The position numbers and the translations under genes were made by a program. A DNA stretch of 64,000 nt, from the NCBI GenBank assembly GCA_050084985.1, contig JBITNC010000001.1:178498001-178562000 (forward strand), given 5' to 3'. Numbering within the stretch: the stretch's first letter is position 1; every line of letters starts with the position of its first letter. This document shows positions 13,831-28,068 of this stretch, in pieces. Under the pieces are notes generated by a model. It was not told where the DNA came from. It did not search any database and worked only from the letters and a program-made list of their open reading frames with translations. The DNA comes from Nageia nagi (Eukaryota; Plantae; Pinophyta).

Positions 13831-15481
13831 TTATTCCTCACATTTCTCCACTTTATTTTTCAATTGGTGATGTTTTGTTAATTATATATAATTTTTATTG
13901 TTAACAATATATGTTAAATATATTTCTATAATTATTAAATCATTAACACCTAAGATAAGAATAAGGATATGGCCATGGATTTTTTTACATTTTATCATAA
14001 TTAATATTCTTACTACTTTTAAATCCTTTATGAGAAATTAATCATTACTTTTAGAACAACAAGCTCTTGTAAATGATTTCTTTAATCTACAATCTAAATA
14101 TTCTCAAGTATATTATTTAAATCCAAGTGCTTATTATAAATAAATTTATTATTTTAAATAACCACTCAATAAAGTACTCTTTAAAACTATTTAGTAAGTT
14201 CCCTAGCCAAATTATAGTGGGATAAATAATAATATGAAGTATAGTCATCTTTGGAAAAAAATTAAATACTATAGAAAATCTATATGCTCATTTTTCAAGA
14301 AAATTTTGGCAACCAATCTTATCTTATGCTTATCTACTTGCATTTTATATACTAATTTGAACCTATTATGCCATCTGCATACAACTAAATTTTTTATTTG
14401 GAAGTGTTCTCAACTCCAAAGTATCATTTCATACTCTAATATTGATTCTAAGTTTAGAATTTCATTTATTTCATGGAATGATTGTGGATCATCAACATGC
14501 ATAACTCTACTCATAAGAGCATAATAAGCATAATGTAAGGACAATCCTACTAAATTTATTCACTACTCATTTTTAAAGGATTTTCACCTTCCAAAACTTG
14601 TACATCTTTAGGATATCCTTAATTACTTATATAGAAAAAGTCCCTTTAGTATTTGAGTTTCTACTAAGTTGGAATATAAATATAGATTTAAGGATCATAT
14701 AAGTTGTAAGCTGTATATTTCTCACTATAGTATATCATGATGCACTTAATAATCTTTTTAACAAAATTTATGCTTTTCTACTTTAGAATATAACTATAAT
14801 CACCATGACCAAATACTCAAAAATATGAAATGTTGCACTTTTTGCATTTGTAAGCTTTTTTAGAGGTCATATTTATAACATCTTTTATAAATATTATATT
14901 TATAATATGTATCATTGTATTTTCTTGAACTAAAAATTTAATATTGACCATTTTCTTATAGTGTAACATACATCTAGTGATCTTTAATAGGAAATGTCTC
15001 TTTAGTATTTGAGATTTTCTTAAAAATTTTATTTTTAAAAATCAATATGGAAGGGAAAAAAATATTTTGCTAACAATTATTATTATTAATAAATATAAAA
15101 TATTTATCAAATAAAATTTCTCTTATTATGAACATCATTTAACTTATAAGTTATGGAATTATCACTATATCTTTTCTTGATTTACTTCATAACTTTTTCA
15201 AATAACTTTTTATTTATTTATAATAAGGGTAAATAACATTATCAAAAAGTGGATTCTACCATGGTCCCAAAAACTTGTCATAATGATATAGTATTTAGAT
15301 ATAGAAGAAAAAATATTAAATCATATCCCAATAGAGTTTCGATGTTAGCTAAACAACAACTATAACTAAACTAAATAACTTAGACAAACCATTATCCTTT
15401 CAGCTAAATCATACAAAATTAGCTAAAATATTATATATATTGTTACTGTAATAATGTACTAATTCTTTTGAGGATTAGGGG

Positions 15482-18400
15482 TTTTTTTGATAAATCTAGT
15501 ATATTGTCCATACCTTATGCTTTTTGGCATCTATCAGGCTTCATTCATCCCACTTTCTTGAGTCATTACTCCTCCTTTTCCCTTTATCTAAGTTGGGATA
15601 AATCTCCTCTTTAGATTCCTCTAAATTCCAATCAACATTTTCTTGTGAAGTTTTCCTCTTCAATTTCATAGGGTAGTTTCTCTATTTCTTGATCTTCCCT
15701 TGATTTTATTTAATTTTTTTAACCCTACTTTTCGAAGTATTGCTTTTTCTTAGTGTAATACTCTTTTACCTTCCATCTCCTTGCCTCAACTAATCCTCTC
15801 CCTATGCAAGTATCCTTTTGGAAGTAGATTAGTCTATGGTTACAAATCTACAACAACTTGATACATAAGGGTCATAAGCTCTTGATAACTTGACTCATCC
15901 CAATGCCCCTTTTGGATCTACTCTATTGAATTACTCAGAACATTTGATAGATAGGATGCAAAATTCACATGACATTCCTCCTTTTCATGCCCCTAAAAAA
16001 ATGATTCAAAATTAGGAAGTGAGTACTAAAAAAAGTAGTATATCTTCCATCTAGCATGAAGTATCTAATGACCCATTCTTCCATCTAATTCTAAGGCTTA
16101 TTTAGTTCCTTGAGTAGATAACTAGTTCCCTCCTTAATAAGAACCTTCCCCCTTTGCAAAAAAGAATTGATTTTCAATTTCTTATCATTTTTTTTCCTTC
16201 TTAGATATATTCTAGATAGGCTTTACCTCATGAATTATATGATTTTATCCATGGATATATTCACAAGAATCGATATGAATTACACATTGTCCCCCTTCTA
16301 TCCTTAAAACAATTTCTAGGAGATGGATGGGATAAGTCCATTGCATAATTATATGTACCTCATAACTCCCCATTATTTATACCAATTCCAACACTTCATA
16401 TCTAATTTTACCTCCCTCACATTACTTGGCTCCATCTTGCATGCTTTTCCCATGTTTGTAGAACACTCCAATTCTATTGTGGATATTGGAGAGGTGAAGG
16501 GTCAAGTTATATATTCCAAGAGTCTACCACCTTGAGGCCTATACCACCTAAGGTCATGAGTTATTTTATAGTAATCCATCAAATTTCTTGGTTTTTTATT
16601 ATGATACTCATGTAATTTAACATGATCTTTACTTATTACCATGCTTACATGGATTATGAAACTCACCTTATCATTCATTCAATTCCTTTCTCCTAACATC
16701 ATAATCCCAAAATGGATGTACTTACCTTTTCATTTGATGAGGTAGTCATCATCAATATACATGATAAGTATCAAATAAATACCATACAAGTGATTATGAG
16801 TTCTATCTTTGATCATCCATCACCTTAGTTTTTTATCTAGATTTTGGCCAAAACTAAGTTTCCTTTCCTGAGGTCACTATATAGTCTCGCTCCCTCTAGA
16901 TCACTAAGACTTCTTTTTTTCCATATTGTTGGGGTCATAGTGAAAGTATGTGCCTACTTTACTCTAGAGTGTCTTGCATTCCTTTCACAATTTTCTCTAT
17001 GGTCTTGTTGGTTTTGGTTTTCTAATTTGATGGCTTCCTAAGTCCTTGTTATCCTATATACAAGGTTTTTCCTACTAAAGTTTTAGTTCTAATAGGTAAA
17101 GTATCATGATTCCTACATGCCTCTTTTTTTCTCCATTATGATATCTTCTCTTCCTCTCTCTCTTTTATATACAAATTTACTTGTTAAATCATCCATAACC
17201 ATTTCAAAATCCATATGATCCATCTCCTCAATATTAGTTATCTCCTTTTCCATATCTTCCATATTCTCACTTCCATCCTCTTTTGATTGTGATTCTTCCA
17301 CTATTTCAATGGTGTGCATGGGTTCAAGTATCTTATCTCATATTTTATCTTATTATAAACATGAATTTGTCCTCCATTATTCCTAATTTGATCCCAATTT
17401 TTTATTATTTCACCCTTTCCTCTTTTGACCTAATTTTTGAACTTGTCTCCAACTCACATTGCTCTTTCCTTTCATGTTGATTACTTTATCTATAGGGGGG
17501 AAATATTTTTTTATAGACATTCCTTGTAATAGTGATAGTATTGGACACAATTTGTTTATTGAAAAGGTATATTTTGATATATTATAATTTGTTCCCATGT
17601 TCCTTCATCCTCCTCATATATGAAGACTCTTTTCCTTAATTCTTTGGAGATATCAATATTAAGTCATTCTACTTCAATTCCTAGAATCTCTTTCAATGCA
17701 TACTAATTGATTTGTAATAATTGGATTCTTATAGCATACTTGAATCCTCACTTATAGATTCAAATGAAAAAACATTCACCATTGTGAGAGCCATCAAATT
17801 ACATATAAATTTGAAATTACACAATTTAACAACTACAAATTAATAATCTCAATTACAAACAACAAGATCAACATAATGATTTACCTTGGTTCACTCAATA
17901 TGGGTTAATCTAGTATGGAATTGGAGCCTTCTCTTCTCATTATCTATGGACATTACAATATTAAATGTGTATAGAGAAATATCATCAAAATAATGGCAAT
18001 AACATCTCCTACAACACTACTACAATCTCCTACAACAAGAAGAACAACATTAGAACTACAAAAATTATGGAATGACTCTTGGCCTTCCTTCAAATCTTTA
18101 TAATCCCAAAACCCCAAAACTCTCTTGAACTTTATTGATGAATTAAGATATTAGCATGCCTTTAAATAGGCCTAAAAACATCCCCAAAATGATAGTTGAT
18201 GATCTTGAATTGTTCATTTGCATGAATCATCGATGCCCCTTCAATTCCATTGTTGATGCATTAATATGTATGTTGTTAATGACCTAAAAATAGTAAACTC
18301 ATGCCATTAATAACATGGTTTTTTTCACTAATTACCTCTAGATTTCAATCTTCCATATATCTCCAAGCATAGATACCTCTGGAATGAGTACTACTCCTAT

Positions 18401-18930
18401 AGAGATCAAACTAACATAATCCAATTTTGATCACTAATTCATCAATACCTTTTTCTATGAAAATAATTACACTAATATATTAATATTTAGAAGGTAAGTT
18501 GGGGAGGCTTACCCAAGTTAAAATGAAATTGATATTTTCAATTTCTAGCCTAAAACCCTTCTACCATCATTATAGAACCAATCCTTTCCTTACTAAAAAT
18601 AACATTCCTAGGTACAAGACTTTGTCAAGATATTCTTTAGAATTGAAGTTGGAAAATAGGAATTCTCAAGGAAACATGACCAATTCAACCCTACCTTTTG
18701 TTTTCTACATGATCATCATCCATTGTTTGATGATTTCAATGCTTGTTTAGATACTCATAAATCTATTGATTAGAGTATTCCTATACCTATTAGATTTACC
18801 ATTGAAAATTAGTTTTGAAATAACTATTCATACCTCATTTTTAATAATATTTATCTCTTAAGTCAACCTCAATTTCTTTCATCAACTTATCTCTATCATA
18901 TGTGAATAAGTTAATTCACTCATTTACAAG
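15482..18930 (-). mobile_element. Internally deleted LINE (ORF1 + ORF3 kept, ORF2 nearly absent), related to the 1-5710 element
   Basis: 18499-18750 parallels 5140-5360 (ORF1). A TIWKKRS remnant lies near 16920. ORF3 reads MGKACKMEPSNVREV..., VIRYFMLDGRYTTFFSTHFLILNHF and VNFASYL...YQELMTLMY. The T-run at 15482-15488 fits a poly(A) end. Confidence 0.75.
17783..18315 (-). mobile_element. LTR-like insertion (solo LTR or fragment) within LINE ORF1
   Basis: TG...ACA bounded segment interrupting ORF1-like sequence. It shares the motif ggttcactcaa with the LTRs at ~32670 and ~34086. No clean TSD. Confidence 0.45.
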
Positions 18931-18949
18931 TTTAGTATTTTATTATATA

Positions 18950-19259
18950 CCCCCAAGGGCATACTGTGGTGGAAAAGTGCTTCAATTTAGTAGGGGGAGG
19001 TCACAAGTTTGAATCTCATCGATGATACCTATGTGTTTTTGTGAAGATACAATTCAGTTAGTGTAGTTTGGGTGTAGTTTAGATGTAGTTAGACTATATT
19101 ATAACTAGCTTTTGGGGTTCGATCAAAACCCTCATGTACCCACACGAGTACCAAAAACAATAATCCCCTAGGTTTACCCATGATCATGCTTACTTACTAG
19201 TTGGGGCATAGCTCCAAGAGGAGTAGTGGCTCCATCTAAAACGTCTCATATAATAAAAA
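18950..19259 (+). mobile_element. tRNA-derived SINE
   Basis: A-box-like ggcatactgtgg (18958-18969), B-box-like agtttgaatct (19006-19016) preceded by gaggtcaca, a ~300-bp length, and an A-rich tail taataaaaa. Confidence 0.6.
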
Positions 19260-20249
19260 GTTAACTTAATTTATGTAATTCACCCTCAACTTTAGTAGTA
19301 GTAATCATTATGATTTTTTTAAGAAAATCCTTAATAATATAAATATCAACATAAAATGTAACTTTAAATCTTAAGTATTGATTTATTTATTGAAAATATT
19401 TTATTTCTTTAATACTAAAACTGTTCTCACATATTTAAGTATACAATTCTAAATTTTGATATTTCTATTTTTTCCTTATTACATTCTTCACCTAGTAACT
19501 TTTAGTTTAATTTTTTCCCTATGATCAATATAATATGTAGCACTAACATGAACAACCTATTGATTAGTAGTAGAGTTATTTATAGAAAATGAAATATAAA
19601 TAGAATGATATTTTATTTTTGTAGTTTAAAAAATTATATTATATATTCAATATTTTGCAAAATTTTCTTACAATGACCAGGTGGTGTAAACTAAAAGTAA
19701 TAAGCTAGATAGGGAATAACTTTGATCCAAATGTGTAAGAACCCATATTTAAAACAAGAAATAAATGCCATACAATGTAAACATTGGAAAATGTAAATAC
19801 CAAGTGGTGTAAATGTTAGGCAATGTAACCATCAACTAATATAAATGCTAGTATTTAAATCAAGGAATAAATACCATACAATGTAAATGATATGTGTTAA
19901 GCCAAAATTGAAATCCATATTTAGTTGGGTAACCTTTCTAGTAATAGCGATAATGGTTCCTTTATTTTAGGAATATAGATTAACTCCTATAAAGATTGTT
20001 AGTTAAATATGTTTCATCATATATGTTCATTATACAAAGTTGATATTCCTTCTAAACATACAAGGATGGCCATAGATTATCCATTATGAGAGGGTAATTA
20101 AGTAAGATAGGGTTACTTGCATTGGAAACATCCCAAATATGTATCAGTTGGTTACCAAATTTTACCCAAATTTGAGCTTCAATGGATTGAGTTTGTTTAA
20201 AAATTTGATTGCTATGCTTTATCAATATGTTCCATAATAACATTTATAG

Positions 20250-22740
20250 GATGGATTTATAGAAATTAGGAATAAATCTAGACTATGTGGGAAGGCTCTT
20301 TTTTTGCATTAGATCCTCTACATATTCAGATGGTATCCAATGGATAGAGGAGATTAAAAATATTTTATTCCATAAATTATAAGAAAAAGGGTAGTGAAGG
20401 AGAAGTGGGATCTAGTTTTATGAGTCTCACTAAGAGTACACATGTGAAGGTTTTTAACCATTCTCATGTTTTTAACCCTTTACTCTTATGTTTATGGAGA
20501 TACCGTATCAATTAATGAACTATAATAGAACCATACATTAGTTATTTTCCTTTAAAAAAAATTCTACTCATCTAAGATTATGTTTGGGAAGGTTTGTTTG
20601 AGATGCTAGGTTTCCATTTTAGAAATGATTTTATAGGTGTTGTTGTAGAGGAAGATTAGATCAAAGGCTTAAACTACATCATATTATTATACTTTGGAGA
20701 TTATGGTTAGAAATTTATTATTTATTATACCTAATATTTATTTTGACTAGAAATATTCTTTTACCACTTCTATAATTTTATCTTGTAAAAGATACCAAAA
20801 GTGTTGAAAGAATATAAAAAGGAAACCATCAAGACCTGGGGTACTAAAAACCTTCATTTGAGAGAATGCTAGCTACACATATTCTTTATTAATAGGGTGT
20901 GAAAATTTTATTTTGATTATGAGAGACTATAAGAGGTAAAAAATTTAAAAAGTGATCCTAAGATTCCTTTCTATTGATTAGCTCTTATGTGAGGAGGTTT
21001 ATAAAGAAAGAGATAATATGATTATCGAGATATTATAGGGAGGTTAGGATAATCCCCTTTGTAGTAGAAAGTTGGAGATTATATTCATCACCATGTGGGA
21101 TATAGTGGTGGCATAAAAGTATTTTGTATTACACTCACCTTTATTCAACAATTAAATACATGATTTTTATTTCTAAAAAATATCCATCTCAAGATATGCT
21201 TCATTAAGTTTTTTAGTGAAGATTTTTTCTTCCTCCAAGAGAGGGGAATCTTGATCATATTGGAGTTGTTTCTATATTATTTATAATTATTGCTCTAATA
21301 GATTTCATTTTTCAAACTATTTATTCCATTTTTTGAGTTTCTACTTCAATTTGTGCATTTTGGTTGAGACTTTGGACATACGTATGTTAGATATGATAAT
21401 CCTCTTCCTACCTTTACTCAATTAAGTTATAGAAGGATTCATATTGAATACACATGCATTAAAATCTAAAGTTGAATCCTAATCTTTTGATATGCATATC
21501 TATTATGATTGAAATTGATAAATGATCATATATACCTAGAGGGAGTGTTTTAGATTGGATAAGGTAGCCCTATTTAGAAAACTACAAGGGGAATGATAAC
21601 CTATCAAGTCATTTTAGGAACTTGTATTCATGAAAGTGTTTATTAGACCAAGTGAATTTTCACTTTTTATGAAAGGATTCAAAGAGATCATTGAATTCTA
21701 TGAAATTATTGAAAGCCTCTTAACATTTCTTCAACCTTCTTATTTTTTGGACATGTTTTAGATGGAATTAAAACCTCCTACAATGATGTATTATTGGTTT
21801 TCATGCAACTTAAACAATTTTAAGAGTTATTTCAAACAAGTAATTTTTATTCCTAAATCTAATAGAGAATAGATATTTACTATACTAGATTTTGAAAGTT
21901 TAACTTTAATATCCATCTATAAATTATTATGGTATTCAGAGGTACACTCTAGCCTTGAGGAATCCAATAGAATAATATGTACTATTTAATTACCATAGTA
22001 AGCTTTTTCAAGAACTTTTCAAATTTAGAAGTAGAAGATTTAATTTTGTGAAGGAGTAAAACATAAGGATGTTCTTTTTGGATTAGAGATCTTATAATTC
22101 CTTTTTATCAAGGTAATGGAGGCTTTGAATATTTAGTAAGGATATGGTAATTTGCCTATTTATATATTTTGGAATCAATCAACTCTTTTAGTTGATACTA
22201 TGTTCCACCTTCGATGGTTTTACCTACTACCAAATGTAGCTTTTCCTCTTTAGGAATGTATCCATAATTCTTTTGAATCCCCACATATGATGTTCATAGT
22301 TTATTTAGGATTTTTTTGAGTGTTGGACCTTTGAAAATGTAATTTTTCATTTTTTTTTATGGCATCCTCAGGGATGGGAAACACTAGCAGGATAGGTCCT
22401 ATAATGAGAGGAATTTCTAATATGTTGGTGTACACTAATTGTAAAGGCATAGGTTAGGATTTATAGTTTCCACATGAATCAAGTTGTTGAAAGAATAGAT
22501 GATTATGGTTAGTCAAACATGAAGTATAAGGTATACATGGTGGTTGGAGGTGAGATTTTAATTATGAGAAATGGAGGGATTCAAGCTTTCAATTATTAAG
22601 CCATGGGTTGTAGATAGTGAAAACTATTATGTATAGATACACCTATGAAAGGGATTTGAGTTTTATAAGGTATTTTTGGTAGTGGGGATTTACCTAGATG
22701 GGTTTTGCATTTTTTGCTATTAAAATCCATCTACAAAGAT
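20250..22740 (+). mobile_element. Heavily decayed, internally deleted LINE with ORF3 remnant
   Basis: ORF1 linker remnant ~20640-20760, ISxNVRGL-like endonuclease start ~20980, ORF3-like MGNTSRIGP at 22374, and KPW...IMYRYTYE near 22605-22650. Confidence 0.55.
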
Positions 22741-22745
22741 ATAAG

Positions 22746-23450
22746 TTATAGAATTTTTGTAGTAGTTTTGGGATAAGATTTAGCTAGATATTCATAATCT
22801 AAATACACTCGATGATTGAAAGGGATGTTCTCATAATCCAATATTTTTTCCCATTCCAATCCATCATCTGGAAGAATAATGAGCACCTTAGTAGGTAAGG
22901 TTACTTCAAGGTATACATACATATATTTTAGCATAAGAAAGTGATTTATACTCCTAGGTGTGATTGAACATACATACATATACATCTATTAAATTGTAAA
23001 TAGATTTAAGTTACTCCTCATGCTATAGTGTTAATGGTAAGCCTAGTAACCTAACCTAGATTGGAGCTTTCATGGGATTTTCTTCTCTTGGTTTGAAGTT
23101 AAAGTGCCATGAATTCATAAATAAACTTGACCTCCTATAGAACCAAGGCCCTCATTAGAAAATATTATCCATATCCTCTTGTATGATAAATATAATAAGA
23201 AAATATTAACTCCAAAAGGTTTATTTGTTGTGTAAAATTTTCTCCTCATAATTTATCAAAATGATTATCTTTGTTTTCTTATTAAGGCTCCAAATAGTTC
23301 TTCTTGCAATGAAGCTTGCATTTTCATTCGAAGAGCACATTAATTTTGAGGGGCTAGGTTCAAAGAGGGACTAGAGGGATCCCTAGGCCTAAATTCACTG
23401 AAGGGGTGAGATGTTTTTATCTTGTAGAGAATAAAGAGATGGGTTCTTCT
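22746..23450 (-). mobile_element. LINE ORF1 fragment (DUF4283 + degenerate zinc knuckle)
   Basis: GPWFYRRSSLFMNSWHFNF-like motif near 23100-23150 and WEKILDYENIPF..Y..LAKSYP in ORF 22746..22985. Confidence 0.8.
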
Positions 23451-24479
23451 CATGAATAGAGTATTCATAAGTAGAATGATCTTTAAAGTTATAATTTTTA
23501 ATATTTATTGAATTCTCATTTTTATATACTTAGTATTTTTATGATATTTAAAATTTTTTTGGTCTTAGAATTTTTCTTACACTTACAACATAAAGATAAA
23601 AGATCATCTTCATATTATGTCCTCCAATCAATAGAATCCATATAACCTCTTTCCATTACTTAAAAATATTTATGCTACAATAGTTATTATCTTGTTCATT
23701 AAAGTTTGGAATGAGCAATTTATGAATTATTTAAGTTGGTCCTTAAACTTAATAAAAAATAAATAAAGTGTTCCCTTAATGAACATATCGAACAACTTAA
23801 TCAATTATTAGAATAACTATAAACCTAAGCTCACTCAAACCTAAAAAAATAAAGAATATTTGATAAAAAATAAAGTAAATAACTCAAAATAATATGCATC
23901 TAAGTAAAAATTATATAATATTTGCAGGAATAGCAATATATAACAACAATATATGTATGAATAGTAATAATATATATAAGAATATAAAATTTAACATTAA
24001 TACGAATTTGAAGGACCCAAAACTTGATGAAAATTATGTGTTTGGATTCTACTTGAAAATATATTTCCAATGATGTATGCACCATGAAAAAAATGATGTT
24101 AAAATTTGATAATAAATCACTTGGAATTATTAATATGTATGCTTCTATAGACTCTCCTAGTAGATGTATCCTTTGAAGATGGTTGGTATTACATTTTTAA
24201 CAAGCTACCTAGGTAATCTATGAAGAATTTAATATGGTGGGAAAATAAAATAATAAATTAAGTCAAACTCCTATGAGATGGCATGTAGGTGAAATTCAAG
24301 CATGGTTTTTTATGAAGAGAAAATTATACCTCATCAATACCAACTCTTTTTTTTTTTACCTTATGATTTTTTGCAAGAGTTGTGGTTTAATTGGGATAAC
24401 CTTAAATAAATATATATAAGAGTATTTGAAATAATTGATAGATCAATGATCTCTTAATATGAATTATTTCATATTTCCT

Positions 24480-27400
24480 ACCTTATGCCTCATCTTCCTC
24501 ATGTTTTTGTTGTTGCCAACACAACCCTATTCGATCATGGTTCAATCAGTTTTAAAATTCTGTTAAATAATTCTAAGTTGCACTATTTTCCTTCACAATT
24601 ATATTTTAACATATCTTTCTTAGATAGCTCTTCTATGAGAGCACATATTTGTAGAATTTGGAATCTTATTCCTATACACTTAGGCTCATAGGGTTGGATA
24701 CTTTGGTGGAATACTACCATATCTCACACCATCAATCTTCCATGAAGTTTGGGAATTGAAGTTACTAAATGTTGATGATAGTCTAATATGGTTATTAAGA
24801 ATGAGTTAGATAAACTCAATACTCAACTTGATTCCTCCCCTTTTAATCCCACCTTGCAAGCTTAGGTCACAATTCAATAGTCCCAAAGATTCATCTCTCT
24901 ATCAAACATTTCTAAAGCTTTTGTGAGCCATTATCAAATTTTTTTTGGTTCATAACCTCTAAATTTTTCTCATGAGACAGTATTGAGAGAGTGTTATTTT
25001 GTTATCCCTAAATGATTGAATCTTGAGAAATCTAAGTTTTGTGATAGAACCTTATCCTTGGAGGATATTTCCTAAGCCCTTTCTCAAATGGATAATGATA
25101 AAGCTCCTATATTAGATGAATTTTATAAGGAATTATAGGACGTGATCCTACTTGGCCTTCTCCAAGTTTATCAAGAGGCTATGGCTTATGGCTCTTTTGG
25201 TTCTATAATCAATAATGATAATGTGAAGTTTGTACCTAAGGAAGGAGACACTAAAATTCTTACCAATTGGAGGCCCATTACTTTATTGAATTTTATATAC
25301 AAGATTATTGCTAAGGCTTTGGTCTTAAATCTCATAACCCTTTTGCCTATGATAATTTAGCCTGAGAAAATAAGATTTGTGTTAAGCAAATATATATTAG
25401 ATATTTTAATTACTATTTGGGAGGGAATAGAATGGGTTAGAACTTTAAAATAGAATACTTTTTTTATTAAAATTATTTTTGAAAAAATATATGACATAAT
25501 AGAGAGCTATTTCATTACTTCCATGGTTAAGGCTTTCAATTTTAGTTAGTTTTTTTATTGATTCCATTCATATGCTCTTCAAATATGATTCATATATTAT
25601 TATTTAAATATGAAGACATTCATATTTGATGGTCTATGTGATAAGGTTTTCCTCTTTCTCCTTCTCTTTTAATTCTTACAATAGAGGCTTTTGGCCATCT
25701 CTTTTCCAATAGAGTTGTTAGGGGCTATATTCATAGAATTTTCCTTCCTAATTATGAGAAAAATATTATCAATGGTCACTTTATTGATGATTCATATTTA
25801 AATTTAAGAGAGGATGAGAAATCATTCTCTTATACCATAGACTATTTGAATACTTTTTTCCTTACTTTTGGTTCTAGCGTGCAATGGAGGAAGACCTACT
25901 ATATACAATTAGTTCATCATTTTCCTAATTAGTTCCTTCAAACCTAATGGTATTGGATCTAACCTATGGAATTATTTAAATTATTATGCATTCCTTTTAC
26001 CTTTCAAGGGTCACTTACTTAATTATTGTAATATGTGGTGTAAAAAGTGGAAAACAAGCTTTATTATTAGTCTTGTAAGAAGCTTTGTTTAGTAGGGAAG
26101 TATCAAATTTGATCTAAGATCCTTGACTCTACACATGTCTATTATTATTCCTATTGATTCCCTTGTAAGGCTTGTTATAAATCTCAAGAATTTACTTAGA
26201 GATTTCCTTTGTGTCACACATGCAATTAAGAAGGGATTTCATAGAATTGCTTGGGAAAATTATTATTTGCCTAAGACTTGTGGTGTGATAGGTATTTTTG
26301 ATTACCAAAAGAAATAATTTTCCCTATGTGCCAAATGGATTACTTCACATTTTATATAATAATGAATATTAGAAAATTATTATTATATATTATCTTATAA
26401 GAGATCTTCCTTATGGGAAATTGTTTTTGACAGGGGCTAAGTCTACAAGCATTTCTCACCACCCCTATTCCTATTAAAATCCTTGGATATTTTACTATCA
26501 AGAGCATTTGGAAAGCTTTGAATCCATGAAACCTTGGATCTCTTAGAGTGGGACTAATAATAATTTAAGTGCTTATATCTCTTCTATTACTATCTAGTGG
26601 TCTCCTATGGTCACCTATCAAGTTAATCTCTTTTCTCAAGTTTAATCAATTTGAGAAAAAAGATTTTTAAGAGAGGTATTTCCTTCTTTTTTATTTTTTT
26701 ACAATCATACTATAGGTTGTATTCCTTGGGAAACCTTAAAGAATTTATAGGATATTAAAATGGAAGATAATACAACTTATGATGTGATGATTGAACATTT
26801 CTTTTTTATTTGGAGAAAGATAGGAATACATTTTCAAAAGCCTTTATTAGATTATTAGTTTTGTCCAAAAAGACTTCCTATGATTATATACAAGTCTCAT
26901 CTTGGTTATTATTAGCTTTTTCCTCATATTCCAATGTGGAACTTGCTCAATGAAAAATATGATTTGCTTTTTTCACCTTATAGGTGAACTTACAGATTCA
27001 ATAGGGCCTAGGCTTCATATATAGAACCTAAGTGAAAAATATTACATGTAGCATTTATTACCAAGGTATTCCTATTGGTAAATGGTTAATATATACATGG
27101 GGGTTGAGAAACCTACATATATTTTTTGCAGGCAACATAAGGATCTTATCCATATTTTCTAGAGTTGTAGGAGATCTTTGCTTGCCTTGTTAGAAATGAT
27201 TTCTTTCTTTTTTAAAAACTTTATGGAAAGTGCTTTTTGGTGGAATCATGCTATTTTGGGGGATCCTATAGATTTTTATTTATTTTATGTTTGGAATATT
27301 TTTAGGATTATCACCCTTTTTAATCTATAGAAAATGCATAATAAGGCTACGTTCTCTTTGCAAGATGCCTAAGATTCCTTTTCTCTTGCTAACAAGTATG

Positions 27401-28068
27401 CTATTTTTTATGATTATTGGTTGCAAATTACTATAAAAGTTGAAAAGTTAAATATTTAAATTTATCACCTATAGATCCTAATGGAATACTAGGTTAATAC
27501 CCATTTCATTATGATTAGGGTACCTCCTAACTCCCTATGTAGTTTATCTAGGTCACAGTCTCATTCAAAAAGAGGTGCCCATTAATGTCCTCCCATCCAA
27601 ACTAATGATAAAAATTAATTATAGCCTCCTCTTTACTCAAAAAACTTGCATATTAATGGAGGGAACTCCCCTCTTCACTCCTTTGGTTGGTATGATCATC
27701 CAATATCCTCTAAAATTATCATTAGTTGAGAAGTGATATAGCAACTACTACTAATGCACATGGGGACCATAATGATGATACATGGGGCATGCTTATTTTT
27801 GGTGATAGTGGTTGGTATTAAATATACAAGGAGGATAATTTCCATCTCAATCATTCCACCTTCCTTCCTAGTGCTTAAATGATAATGTATTCTTTGCCTC
27901 TATAAAGGCATGATTTTTGCTATCTTATTTTTGGTGTAAAAGGTTGGTAGTTTTTGTTTCCTAACCTATTTGGTTAGATTTCTCATGGGGTGTGCTAATT
28001 ACACCCAACCCTTTTTTATATGATTAATATTTATTTAATATAAATTTTGGCTTTTTCAATTAAAAAAA
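24480..28068 (+). mobile_element. 5'-truncated L1/Tx1-like LINE of a different family (ORF2 remnant), ending in poly(A)
   Basis: VPKEGDTKILTNWRPITLLNFIYKIIAKAL (25142..25360), a KxDFEKAYD-like motif ~25470, QGxPLSP-like ~25640, NGHFIDDS ~25770, FHRIAWE..LPKTCGVIG (26123..26317), and an A-run at 28062-28068. Confidence 0.88.

Noticed and set aside
15533-15550. atcaggcttcattcatcc resembles part of miR166
   Set aside because: Only a partial match, inside a LINE 3' end, with no complementary star arm visible.
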